Translations under genes and position numbers: made by a program
Part shown: positions 13,942-26,276 of the stretch, piece by piece
Numbering within the stretch: the stretch's first letter is position 1
Layout: the number at the start of each line of letters is the position of its first letter
From: Mobula hypostoma
Taxonomy: Eukaryota
Direction of reading: 5' to 3'
Length of the DNA stretch: 64,000 bases
Assembly: GCF_963921235.1 (NCBI RefSeq)
Contig: NC_086109.1
Span: 12,400,001-12,464,000, forward strand
The notes under the pieces: model-generated
The model's database searches: none
Seen by the model: the letters and a program-made list of their open reading frames with translations, nothing else
Told to the model about the DNA's origin: nothing

Positions 13942-14290
13942 TACGGGGGTGATTGATAAGTTTGTGGCCTAAGATAGCAGGAGTCACTTTTAGAAAACCT
14001 AGCACATTTATTTTTCAACGTAGTCCCCTCCTACATTTACACATTTAGTCCAGCGGTCGTGGAATATATGGATCTTGGACCTCCAGAAAGTGTCCACAGC
14101 ACAGCTGATTGATAAGTTCATGGCCTAGGGTAGAAGGAGATGAATTATACAGCTGTCGTTACATGCACATGCAGGTCAACTCTTTGAGTGATTATGCAGA
14201 AAGTTTGAAGTTAATAACTCATCAGGGTTGATTGATAAGTTCGTGGTCTAAGGTAGAAGGAGATGAGTTATTAACTTAAAATTTTCTGCA
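13942..14290. mobile_element. Mariner-like non-autonomous element remnant
   Basis: Three copies of gattgataagtt.(g/a)tgg.cta.g.tag.aggag (~13950, 14107, 14229). Confidence 0.55.
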
Positions 14291-14431
14291 TAATTTCATT
14301 CTCTGAAAGGTGGTGACAACATACACTCCATGCTCCTGAGTGAAGTTCCAACAACACAATATCCAGCACACATCAATCATTCAGTTGTACTCCATTGACC
14401 ATCATAAAGAATCAAACCCTGCACCACTTAC

Positions 14432-14749
14432 CCGTGCTGTTGACTTCAATCACATTTCTGCAGGGGCTGACACTGTTGGAGATGGATACATTAAGTACTT
14501 CACTGGACTTCTCTTCATTAGCATTTGAGGCTTTGCAATAATAAAGATAATTTTTGTATTTTAAGGATTGACAATGTAGATCCAGTTTATTGGTATCAGA
14601 GATCATTGAATCCACAGATGGGGTCTTTTCATACCATGAGTACTGAATGGGAAGGGATCCATGGACAGACTCACAGGACACTGACACGGAGTCCGCACAA
14701 CTTGAGCCATTTGGTGGTGAAAATCGAAGCAAAGGAACAGACACGGGTT
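14432..14749 (-). CDS. C2-type Ig exon of gene A
   Basis: cttttccacag acceptor, G|gtaagt donor, phase 1/1, 318 nt open; VSVSCES..GSLPIQYSWY...YYCKASN. Confidence 0.9.
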
Positions 14750-15239
14750 CTGTGGAAAAGAATCAGTGAACATCTGAAAATCAAACACACTGAAGATTTC
14801 AGCAGCTCTGTATCTCGACCAGAACCCACCAGTTTGGAATCTCAGCAGCTCAGCTGTCTCTCTTTGTCACTGTATCCCCGCATCTGCCTGAACTGCCATG
14901 TTTGCCAGTGTCACTGAACAGAGCAGGTCTCCAGATCAGGACAGCAGTGATGACACTGAGTATGTGTCAGTGTGAAAGTCAGAGTTACAATCTCTCTCAG
15001 CAGCAAGGAAACAGTCTAAGGTGGCACCCAACAGTTTGACTTTGGAATGGCAGTATTTCTGGGTGTCCTAGAAACCTCTACAGAATATCAAAGCAGGAAA
15101 TTGTCAGATATGTACAAAATAAATGGTGACTTTAGGGAGAGAGTATAATTGTGATTGGTTTCAGTGACCTGCAGCAGGAAGGGATCCCATTACTATTGAT
15201 ATCTATATGAAGCCAACAGGGAATCATATGAGACTGGAG

Positions 15240-15870
15240 AACCAGAAAACCATAGACCATAAGGCCTAAGACACAGGAACAGAATTAGGCCATTCAATCT
15301 GCTCCATCGTGGCTGATTTATAATCCCTCTTAATTAATCTATTCTTCTGCCTTCTCTCTGCAACCTTTGATGCCCTTACTAAGCAAAAGCCTATCAACCT
15401 CTGTCTTAAATAAACCCAATGATTTGACCTCCAGAGCTGCCTTTAACAAAAAATTCCACAGATTCACCAGCATCTGGCCAAACAAATTTCTCCTCATCTT
15501 TCTTTCAAAGGGATGTCCTACTATTCTGAAACTGTGCCTTCTGGGCTAGACATCTAGCAAGTACAGGCCCAGAGCCTTCAAACACTTCTCATATGTTGGA
15601 GCAGTTTGACTTCACTTGGAATTTAATAGCCAGATCCCTTTAGAATTGATATACAGAGATTTCTTGGGGTACAAGTCCATTGTTCCATGAGGATGGCAAC
15701 ACAAGTGGATATAATGGTAATGAAAGCATTCAGCACGCCTGGCTTCTTCATTCTACATGTTGGAGACTAAAGCTGACAAGTTATTTTGTAGCTTCATGAA
15801 ACTTTGGTTAGGGCTCATTGGGAACATAAAATGCATTTCTGGTTGTAACCTTATGGAAAGGATGTGGAGC
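15240..15870. mobile_element. CR1 remnants (minus ~15240-15590; plus ~15600-15870)
   Basis: CR1 3' end in reverse, then a TLVRAHWEH..GKDVE-like plus-strand piece paralogous to 44540-44790. Confidence 0.75.
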
Positions 15871-16183
15871 TCAGATACTTGTAGATGCACGTCAAACTCT
15901 GGAAGATTGCCAGATGTTGTAATTCCACATCTGTAAAGTCCTGTATCATTAGAGACAAGATTCTCCATAGTAACAGTAAATATTCCCTGGGATGTGTTAT
16001 CTCTGATTGCCACTCTTCCATACTGCTCATTTGTCCCAATTGTATTCACTAACGATGTGCATTGACGATCCCACATGCGGCACAAATACTTTGTGTGTGA
16101 ACGGTACATTGGTGCATAGTGACAATCGATTGTGATCGCTCTTCCCACAGCTCCTCTTACTTCATCTTCTGCCCATAAAGCAC
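15753..16183 (-). CDS. V-set Ig exon of gene A (CD300/pIgR/TREM-like); donor lost, reads into antisense CR1 to a TAG
   Basis: tttcag acceptor; VRGAVGRAITIDCHY..KYLC..QC..IFTVTMENLVSNDTGLYRCG; four Cys; homology to V-B ends at 15871. Confidence 0.9.
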
Positions 16184-16693
16184 CTGAAACTGAGGGAGAA
16201 ATTTTTCAGAAAATACACAGGTAAAATCAAATCAACACAGGGAGATTCAAGATTCAAGATTGTTTAATGTCATTTCCTGTACAAAAGTGTAGAGGAGAGT
16301 GAAATCATTGTTACTCGATTCAATGCAGCACCAAAAAAAATACGAAAGATAAAGAACATAATAATAATAAAAGAAGATGCTTTATTTAAAGTTGTGTTCC
16401 CCAGTGGCAGTGTGCCCTTGTCTATTGGTACAATTGAAGTCCATATAGACTGAGAAGACAACAGCATCGTCCCTCATCATGTGCTCACAACTCTTCACAA
16501 GTAATGACTTTTATTTGATTGGAGTCATCCTTGTCACTGCCCACTAATGATTCAGCTGGAGGCAATTGTGCAAGACATGATCTACCTGAATTTGCAAAGG
16601 CAAGATCTGATTGAGATAGTCAACATAATTTTGAGCATGGGAAATCCTCTCTCAAAAGAATTTGACTGACTTTTTTTGAAGAGATGACCGCAG

Positions 16694-17517
16694 TGTTACA
16701 TACCCCGTAACTGGGTTGCCAAACCAGCAGAAATGGACCACTCGTTGGAGTCTGGATTGCTGGGATCTAATGAAGTTTTATTAAAGAAATAAGTAACACA
16801 GTACTCTAATCGTAAGGATATAAATGCAACAGGTTAGCAATGATAAAACACACATATACACAGAACTAGGATAATAGGAATCCACCAAGCTCTATCGCAG
16901 TCTAGGGGTAAAATGTTCAGTCTCAAGTGACGCAGAGTTCAGTTCAGCTTAGTACAGTTCACAGTAATCGCTGTTGTGCAGTTGGAGAGAGAGAGAGAGA
17001 GATGCAAATTTTGATTCAAGCAGACCTTTGATGTTCTTCGCAGTTGGCTTTCGGGCGGACCCTTTTATGTCTTCTATCCCACTGTGGTCACCGACTGTGA
17101 CCCCTCCGTTCCGGATCCGACCGTTCTTCCGCAGTGAACGAAGCACCCAGGCAAGGGCAGACACACACACACCAGGTTCCCGCCGATTGTACCTTTTCAC
17201 CCTGTCCGAACCGGACCTCCAAATTCTCACCAACTTGTGGGGGCACACCGCTCTTCCAGGGTCTCGTTATCTCGTGATCTCGTGGTGTGTGTCGTGCCTT
17301 AGCGAACCTGTTCTTTTTATCCCCCTGCTGGGGTATCGCCTGTCCATCAAACTTCAAACAGTTCAGGTTCAAAGCAATCGGTCTGTCAATATTCTGAATT
17401 GTGTTTCTTTTCCGTTATCTCTCTCCTCTCTCATTAACATTTGAACGTTTCTCCATTTGTCTCCCTTATCTCTCTCTCATTAGCATCAATCTTCTGATAA
17501 CTTGGTTTGTCATCACA
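16694..17517 (-). mobile_element. Solo LTR (Gypsy-like) with 4-bp TSD (GCAG)
   Basis: TGT...ACA termini; gcag at 16690-16693 and 17518-17521; absent from the paralogous intron at ~47780; strand inferred from a minus-strand AATAAA-like motif near 16780. Confidence 0.85.
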
Positions 17518-19696
17518 GCAGGAACTGATGAGAACGGGGCAGTAGCGTTTAGCACATGAGTTTAGCAAGGCTTATGGCAAGATCTTGTATAGTAGATTGA
17601 TCTGCAATGTGAGATCTCATGGTAAGCTAGCTGGATAGATACTGAATAGGCTTGGTGGAAGGAGTCAGACTGTGGTAGTGGAGTGTTGGTTTTCTGACAA
17701 CATCTGACTTTACCACCAGTGGTGTGCCATCGGGATTGGTGCTGTTATTTGTTAACCACTGTCATTTGTCATCAATATTAATAATTTGGAATGAAAATGT
17801 AGGTGGTATAAGTAATAAGCTACGCGTATCACTGTAGTGTGGTGGACAGTGGAAAGAGTTGTCTAAGTTTACAAAGGGACCTGGAAAATGAACCAGCGTT
17901 CAGCTGCATTACTCTGTGTCAGCAAGATCCCCCCACCCTGAGCCTGTTCCATAGACCTGCGTCTGACCCATCTCCCTCTCTCCTTGGTACTACCTTCAGG
18001 CGGAAGGTGCAGGAGCCTTGGGGCCCATGCTGCAGAGTTCATCAACAGTTGATGCCCTGCAACTATCGCGCTCCTGGATTGGTTTCACTCACCTCAGCAC
18101 AGAGCTGACTCTGAAACTGTGGACTCACTTTCGGGGACTCCGTGACTCATGCTATATGTACTACTTGTTTACATCTTTTTAATTATTTGCACGATTCATC
18201 CTATTTTGCGTGTTGATGTTTGTCAGACTTTGTTGTGTGTGGCTTGTCGTGGGTTCTATTGTTTCTTTGTTTTGTGGGTATCTGCAAGAAGATGAATCTT
18301 GAGGTTGTTTATGGAACACATACTTTGATAATAAATTTACTTTGAACTTTCAACTAGGAAAGTGGTCAGTGGAACGACTGATGGAATTGAACTCAGGCAG
18401 TGTGAAGTGATGCATTTTAGGAAATTAAACAAAGGCACAACTTAAAGATGTTGACCAGACCTCACCTTGACTACCCTGTGCAGTACTGTAGACCTGATGT
18501 TCCCTCTTATCAGCCTCCAGGGGATTTCTCCAGCTGGACATATTCTCCCCCCACCTGGCTCCACACTAGCCCCCTTTCCTCCTGATCTGTTTCCACCTCT
18601 CACCCATCTCCAAAATCCACCCCATTTTCTCCCCATTCCATTTGCCTGTCGTGCTTCAACTCCCCACCCCCTAGTCCCCGACCACCTAGTGCATCCAGTT
18701 TCACACCTCCCTCTCTCCTGTTCACACTATCTCCCTCTCCACTCACTATTGATGCAGGGTCTCAATTGAAATGTTGACATTTCCCCTCCTCCCGTCCGTT
18801 TAACTGAACAATGTTAATTGTTCACTCTTAATTTCATTGTAAGCGCAACCATTCTGCAGATACTAAAGATCCAAAGCAACACGGAAAACTGCTAGAGGAA
18901 CTCAACAGGTCAGACGGCATCTATGATAATGAATAGGTTGTCGATGTTTCTGGCCAACACCCTTTTTCAGGACTGAGAAGGAAGTGGGAAATTGTTGGAA
19001 TAAAAAGATGGAAGAGGGGACGGTGGCTATCTGGAAGGTGATCGGTGAAGCCAGGTGGGTGGGAAAAGTCAAGGACTGTAAAGAAAGAATCTGATAGGAG
19101 AGTAGAGTGGACCATAGAAGAAAGGAAAGGAGGAGGGGCCCAAGGGGGAGTAGCAGGCGGCTGAGAATGGTTTCTGCCTGAAACCTCGACTATCTATTCA
19201 TTTCCATAGATGCTGCCTGACCTGCTGAGGTCCTCCAGCATCTTCTGTGTGTTGCTCTTCATTTCATTGTAGTGTGAGTTTGAGGTGATCCAAGAAGGTA
19301 GCTAAATTATATTTTCCCGCATTTTTGTTTCTGGCTTTGCAATTGTTCATAAAAACTTAATTTCACATTGTATATAAATAGTTAAATGATAAAATAATTC
19401 AAGATACATGGAGAGCTTTTGTTACTTTGGGTTTGTTACATTTGCTTTAGGGAGAAACAGTGCAGTATATTTGCCGCGAATGTGTATCTGCTTAAATTCT
19501 GTACATTGTATAGTATGAGAGCTGACTCTATTGCATCAGTCACTGCTGTCATCTGTGTAATGTTCAACCTTAGTGAAGGATGTGGTCAGAACTTCTGTTT
19601 TCTTTGATTGTCTCTCCAGAGAGAATATAGAGAAGTAACAACAGATGCTACACATTGACAGATTGTTCTGGTCTCTTCCTGCATTGCCCATCACTT

Positions 19697-20408
19697 GGCA
19701 GGATACTTGGTGTGGAGGAGCAGAGGGATCTGGGGGTACATGTCCACAGATCCCTGAAAGTTGCCTCACAGGTAGATAGGGTAGTTAAGAAAGCTTATGG
19801 GGTGTTAGCTTTCATAAGTCAAGGGATAGAGTTTAAGAGTCACAAGGTAATGATGCAGTTCTATAAAACTCTGGTTAAGCCACACTTGGAGTACTGTGTC
19901 CAGTTCTGGTTGCCTCACTATAGGAAGGATGTGGAAGCATTGGAAAGGGTACAGAGGAGATTTACCAGGATGCTGCCTGGTTTAAAGAGTATGCATTATG
20001 ATTAGAGATTAAGGGAGCTAGGGCTTTACTCTTTGGAGAGAAGGAGGATGAGAGGAGACATGATAGAGGTGTACAAGATAATAAGAGGAATAGATAGAGT
20101 GGATAGCCAGTGCCTCTTCCCCAGGGCATCACTGCTCAATACAAGGGGACATGGCTTTAAGGTAAGGGGTGGGAAGTTCCAGGGGGATATTAGAGGAAGG
20201 TTTTTTACTCAGAGAGTGGTTGGTACGTGGAATGCACTGCCTGAGTCACTGGTGGAGGCAAATACACTAGTAAAATTTAAGAGACTACTAGAAGGTCTAT
20301 GGAGGAATTTAAGGTGGGGGGTATATGGGAGGGAGGGTTTGAGGGTGAGCACAACATTATGGGCCGAAGGGCCTGTAATGTGCTGTACCATTCTATGTTC
20401 TACGCTCT
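19697..20408 (+). mobile_element. Young CR1 3' fragment, same subfamily as 874-3069
   Basis: Near-identical sequence to ~2344-3060; atcactt duplicated at both flanks; empty site in paralog at ~24356. Confidence 0.9.
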
Positions 20409-20426
20409 ATCACTTCTTGAAAACTT

Positions 20427-21045
20427 CTCAACAACTATGGTTCAATAAGCTGATGAGAACAAGTGCAGAGATACTTACTTTCTTTTTCAAAATTTTTATT
20501 GATGTTATATAAATTACATGAATACAAATACAAAATTCATAATGATACGAGGAAATAATCCAGATTACATTACATTTAAATCACAGTAATATGATCACAA
20601 TATCCTATATTCCAAATGAATCATGTATAAAAAAGGATTGAATTATGAAATGAAATAGAATAAAATAATTGTATTTTATTAAAAAAAATCTACCCCTACT
20701 ACCGAAATGAGCTGGTTGGTAAAATAAAGAAGAAAAAAGAAGCTTACCTTACCATATAATATTACAATAATAATGGCTCAGATCCATACTTTAATAACAG
20801 TTCAAAAATTGTGAAAATAATTCAGAAAGGGTCCGCATAACATTAGAATATCATGTTTAGAATCAGAAATCGGGAACAACGAATCTTCCCTAGATCGAGG
20901 CACAACATAACGTCAGATAGCCATTGAACATGAGTGGGCGGGCCGGCCTCCTTCCACTTGAGCTAGAGCAGAGATACAAAGCACTTTCAGCAAAGCATTT
21001 CTGTTTCAGCAACTAGAACAGTGACAACAGTAACAATTTGGTGAA
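20427..21045 (-). pseudogene. Disrupted Lys-TM exon copy (RNALLKVLCISA[L1]LVLISLLNHSC*)
   Basis: Paralog of 56008-56117; acceptor AG absent; L1 inserted mid-TM. Confidence 0.65.
20475..20967 (-). mobile_element. 5'-truncated L1 with 10-bp TSD (GCAGAGATAC)
   Basis: LKWKEAGPPTHVQWLSDVMLCLDLGKIR ORF2 C-terminus; TSD at 20465-20474 and 20968-20977. Confidence 0.85.
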
Positions 21046-23389
21046 GAAAGGTGAAAAGGCCATTTAACCATTGTGTTTAAACCTAATCCCAATCCTGTGC
21101 ATAACCGTAAATACAACAGTGAGATTGTAAAGTGCTTTCCATTCAGTTGTTGGGAAGTTATCCAAGAACCGCAGCTCTATAAGATGGGATATTGGTCAGA
21201 CTGCACTTGGAATATGGCGAACAGTTTTGAGCCCCTTATCTATGAAAGGATGTGCTGTATTTGGAGAGGGTCCAGAGGAGTTTCCTGAGAATGATCTCAG
21301 AAATGAAACAGTTAATGTGTGAAGAATGTTTGATGGCTATGGGCCTGTACTCACTGGAGTTTAGAAGAACGTTGGTGGGGGTGGGGTAGCGATTCTCATT
21401 GAATTCCTCTTGAATAGTGAAGGGCCTAGAACCTAGATGGGGTATACGTGGAGAGAATGTTTCCTATCGTGGGCAAGTCTCTGACCAGATGGTGCTAATT
21501 CCATGGAATTCATTGTCACAGATGGCTGTGGAGGCCGAGTTATAGGGTATATTTAAAGCAGAGGTTGATTGTTTTTTTGATTAGTGAAGGTGTCAAAGGT
21601 TATGGGGAGAATGGGCTTGAGGGGAAAAGTTAATGAGCCATTGTAGAATGATGAAACAGACTCAAGGGGCTGAGTGGCCTAATTCTGCCCTATGATTCAT
21701 TGCTTTATGGTTTGAATTACTTAGGCAATGAAGGAAGAGGATGGAAAAGTTCATTTACATGAGGCGTTCATTTATTCTGTTTTGTCAGACAAGTAAAAAG
21801 CACTGAAGTTCTAACCATATCCTTTGAGAATTGCTTTGGGACAGGGAAAGGTTCTCTATCAGAATCACAACCAGGTTTAATTTCACTGTCTTCTGATGTG
21901 AAATTTGTTGTCTTGCAGCAGAAAAATCGAAGCAAGTTCTTGCCCTCAGACCATTAATGAGCTCAGGTTCAACAGGCCTAGGTTCACAAGTGGCACCACT
22001 GCATCTGGAATTATCTGCAGCTAATCAAATCCCATCAGATAACCTGACCTGAAGGGGTCAAGAGCTCCAAACAGTCTCTGGTGTTACTGCTTCACATCCT
22101 CACAGAGCAGGTGAAGATTATTATGTGATATTCCACGTTGTCAGTGGGGCATTTCAAGGTTCATTTCTCCCAGTACACAGGAGTCTTGCATAGTAGACTG
22201 GTGGTCCCATTCCATTCCGCAGTCTAAAGACAAACTGGGTACGTTAATTGATCTTTGTACATTGTCCTGTGATTAGAATATGGTTAATCAGGTTTGTCGA
22301 GGGTTGCTGGGCCGGGAAGTCCTACTGTGCACTCTTTTGGTAAAAAAAATAAAGGGATGACCTTGCATTCTGAGGCTGATTGTTCATGCAAGATTTCCCC
22401 ATGAGGAAACTATATTTTATCGTATACATCAAAGTATCCCAAATTCTTGTTCTTCATAATGGGCTCCAACATATTTCCAACCACTGAAGTCATACTAACC
22501 AGTTTACAATTTCCTTTTATTGCCTCCCTCCTTTCTTAAAGGGAGGAGTGACATTTCCAATTTTCCAGTCCTCTGGAACATTCCAGATTCTAGTTATTCT
22601 TGAAAGGTCACCACTAATGCCTCCACAATTTCTTTACTACCCCTTTCAGAACTTGGTGTGCAGTCTGTCTGGTCCAAGTGACTTATCTATATTCAGACCT
22701 CTCAAATTCTCAAGTACCTTCTCCTTATTAATAGCAACCATGCTCACTTCCGTCCCCTGACATTGCTAAATTTCTGTCATTCCCACTAATATTTACTATA
22801 TTATACGGCCTTCTTTTTGTTTTATGAAAAAACAACCCCATTTTGACATGAAATGGTTTGTGCATGCAGACAACCCCCGTAGTTTCTAGTCCTTATAGAA
22901 TCAGAGAGCACAGTGAATAGACAAATCACACTTGTCCAAGGAGAAGACATTCTTCTCTTACCTATCTCACCCACGTGGTTGCCGTGACATTTGACACTGC
23001 ATACCTTTGCTCAGATTCTCAGTTGCTAACTTCCCAGTTTCCCTGTTCACCTGGTTAGATCTTTCAATGTTAGTCAAAGTGTGATCCATCCAGATTCATG
23101 CTGTGTGATTCACTGGGGCAGATGAAGTCTGAGGAGAGCTTCAGTACAAGGGATAACAGCTCTCATGTGTCAGACATATTGGAGAAGTAATACAGAATCA
23201 GAAACACAATCAGGTTTAATGTCACCAGCACACTGTATACCGTGAAATTAGCTATTGCAGTCATAATCAGGAAAATTCGATGATTACTATAGGAGCTGTA
23301 TGCAGAACCAGGTAGGTCAGAAGAGTTAAAAGAAAGCACTTGGCCCAAAGACCCGTGTGGTTTCTGGGTCCTTTAAAAGAATAGAACCA

Positions 23390-23872
23390 TTGTACCCTGC
23401 CACACATGTCGTAAAAGGCGACTAAAGAGGGTTGGGCAGAGGGTTAGCAGCCCAATCCTGTAAAAATAATTATTGCTACAGAAACGTCAGCAGCATCAAA
23501 ACCAAGCCAGCCAGTCTTGGGAGATGTAGGGCCCCTTTTGGAGAGCCGTATGATGTGGAAGTGAAAGCCGAAGGAAGCTCCTTCACTGAAAAACCTACTG
23601 TCAACCAAGATTACCTCCACAATTGGCATCTGGAATGTGAGGACCCTGTATGAAGTTGGGAAAACTCTACAAGTGGAATCCTCAGGGCAAGCGAAATCGA
23701 GGTAGGCCCAGGTCCAAATGGCAGAGGGAAGTGTTAACCGACGCCAGGAGAGTGGGAATGACATGGTCACAGCTGGAGAGATATGCACAAGACAAGTTGA
23801 TCTGGAAAGAGGTTGTTGATGGCCTATGCTCACTAGTGAGTTGAAAGACGGAAGAAGAAGAAGAAGAAGAAA
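23390..23872 (+). mobile_element. RTE-clade LINE fragment
   Basis: WNPQGKRNRGRPRSKW...WKEVVDGLCS C-terminus; (GAA)n tail. Confidence 0.75.
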
Positions 23873-23949
23873 TGGCCCAAAACTTTGACTCTCTATTTAT
23901 TTCCATAGATTCTGCCTGACCTGCTGAGTTCCTCCAGTGGCTTGTGTGT

Positions 23950-25570
23950 GTTGCTTTTCATTTCATTGTAGCGTGAGGGTTGAGGTGATCCAAGAATGTG
24001 GTTAATTTTTGTTTCAAACTTTGCAATTGTTTGTAAACATTTAATTTCACATTGTGTAGAAATAGATAAATGATAAAATAATTCAGTATACACAGACAGC
24101 TTTTGTTACTTTGGGTTTGTTACATTTGTTTTAGGGGAAAACAGTGCAGTATATTAGCCGTGAATTTATATCTGCTTAAATTCTGTACATTGCGTAGTAT
24201 GAGTGCTGGCTCTATTGCATCAGTCACAGCTGTTCACTCTCAATGAAAGATGTGGTTAGAACTTCTCTTTTCTTTACTTGTCTTACAGAATTTAGAGAAT
24301 TGTCAATGTTTTGCTAAATTTTGACAGATTGTTCTGGTCTCTTCCTGAATAGCCCCATCACTTCTTGGAAAACATCTCAACAGCGGTGGGTCAATATGCT
24401 GGTGAGAGCGAGTGTAGAGATACAAAACATCTTCAGCAAAGCATTTCTGTTTCAGCCAGTAGATCACTGAACAACAATAAAAACTTTGTGAAGAAAAGTG
24501 AAAAGGCCATTTAGCCACTGTGTTGGAACCTAATCCCAAACGTGCACACGTGTAAATAGAACGGTGGGATTCTAAAACGTTTTCCATTCTGTTGTTGAGA
24601 AGTCATACAAAAACAGCAGCTTTGTAAGGTATTGGTCACACTGCAGGTGGAAATTGTTGAACAGCTTTAGGTGGCTTATCTTCAAAAAGATATGCTGTAT
24701 TTGGAAGGGTTCCAGAGGAGGGGCACGAGAATGATCCCAGGAATGCAAGTGTTAATGTGTGAGGAGTGTTTAACGGCGCTGGGTCTGTACTCACTGGAGT
24801 TTAGAAGAATGAGGGGTGGGTATTCTCTTTGAAACCTCTTGAATAGTGAAGGTCCTAGAAACTGGATGGAGTGTACGTGGAGAGGTTGTTTCCTCTGGTG
24901 GGAGAGTCCCTGACCAGAGAGCAATGATTCTATGGAATTAATAGTCACCGATGGTGGTGGAGGCCATTGGGTATATTTAAAGCAGAGGTTGATAGGTTTT
25001 TGGTTAGTAAGGGTGTCAAAACTTAAGGAGAGAAGGTTGTTGACGGGGATGATAAATGAGCCATTATGGAATAGTGCAACAGACTCAATGGGCTGAATGG
25101 CCTTCTTATGCCCTGATGACTCATTGTCTTATGGTCTGAAGTAACAGGTAATGCAGGAGAGGATGGTCAGTCTATTTACATGAGGCATCCATTGGCACTT
25201 CCCTGAACCCTGTTTTGAAGGACAAGTAAAGAGTACAGAAGTTCTACCATATCCTTTGAGAATGGCTTTGGGATATCCTGGGACAAGTAAAGTTCTCTTT
25301 CAGCATCAGAATCAGTCTTATTTTCACTGTAATCTGATGTGAAATATTTTGTTTTGCAGCAGTAAAAAACACAAAGCAAGCTCCTTCCCTCAGACCATTA
25401 ATGAGCTCAGGTTTAACAGGTCCAGATTCACAAGTGGGACCACTAGTTCTGGAGTTATCTGTAGCTAATCAACAGCCATCAGATAACCCTGAGCTGAAGG
25501 GGTCAAGAGCTGCAAACAGTCTCTGGTGTTACTACTTCACATCCTCACAGGGTATAATGTGATATTCCTC
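23950..25570 (-). repeat. Segmental duplicate copy 2 with degenerate Lys-TM exon (~24380-24490)
   Basis: RNALLKMFCISTLALTSILTHRC*; acceptor cacag changed to cacaa; 1 nt shorter than the 56-kb copy. Confidence 0.8.
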
Positions 25571-26276
25571 CTTGTCAGTTCAAACTTCAAAATTCAAATT
25601 ATATTTAATATCAAAATGCATATATGTAACAATATACTACCCTGATTATAATTGCAAAACTATAGTTCACCTTCTCTCATTTTCGAGACCCTTTATTGTA
25701 CATTCATGGGTTACGGTCACAAATCAGTACTGAGAAAAGTTACACCTTCTATTTGCAGATTCACACCCTGACGACCAATGCAAGCTCACTCAATGTCATC
25801 TGCAGTTCACTCATTTTATTCAGCATTCAACTTTTATTTCCATTGCCTGTTCTCATTTAAGACCTTTGTGCAGTGACTGGAAAATTTCATGCTACTGTAA
25901 TTCTGAAATTCTGAAAAGTTGAGAGGAATCAGAATCAGGGTTATTATCACCGGCATGTGATGTGAAATTTGATAACTTAGCAGCAGCAGCTCAATGCAAT
26001 ACATAATCTAGCAGAGAGAGAGAAAAAAATAAGTAAAATAGAATGTAATAATAAATAAACAAGTAAATCAATTAGATATATTGAATAGATTATTAAAAAA
26101 TGTGCAACAACAGAAATACTGTATATTAAAAAAAGTGAGGTAGTGTCCAAAGCTTCAAAGTCCATTCAGGAATTGGATGGCAGAGGGGAAGAAGCTGTTC
26201 CTGAATCGGTGTGTGTGTGCCTTCAGGCTTCTGTACCTCCTACCTGATGGCAAAAGTGAGAAAAGGGCATGCCTTG

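Larger units (their letters stand above)
19260..22150 (-). repeat. Segmental duplicate copy 1 (3' UTR-like block, Lys-TM exon, CR1 piece, conserved block)
   Basis: Colinear with 23950-25570 and 55560-57250. Confidence 0.85.

Noticed and set aside
24303-24587. 94-aa ORF over the Lys-TM paralog
   Set aside because: Alternative frame, not open in the other two copies
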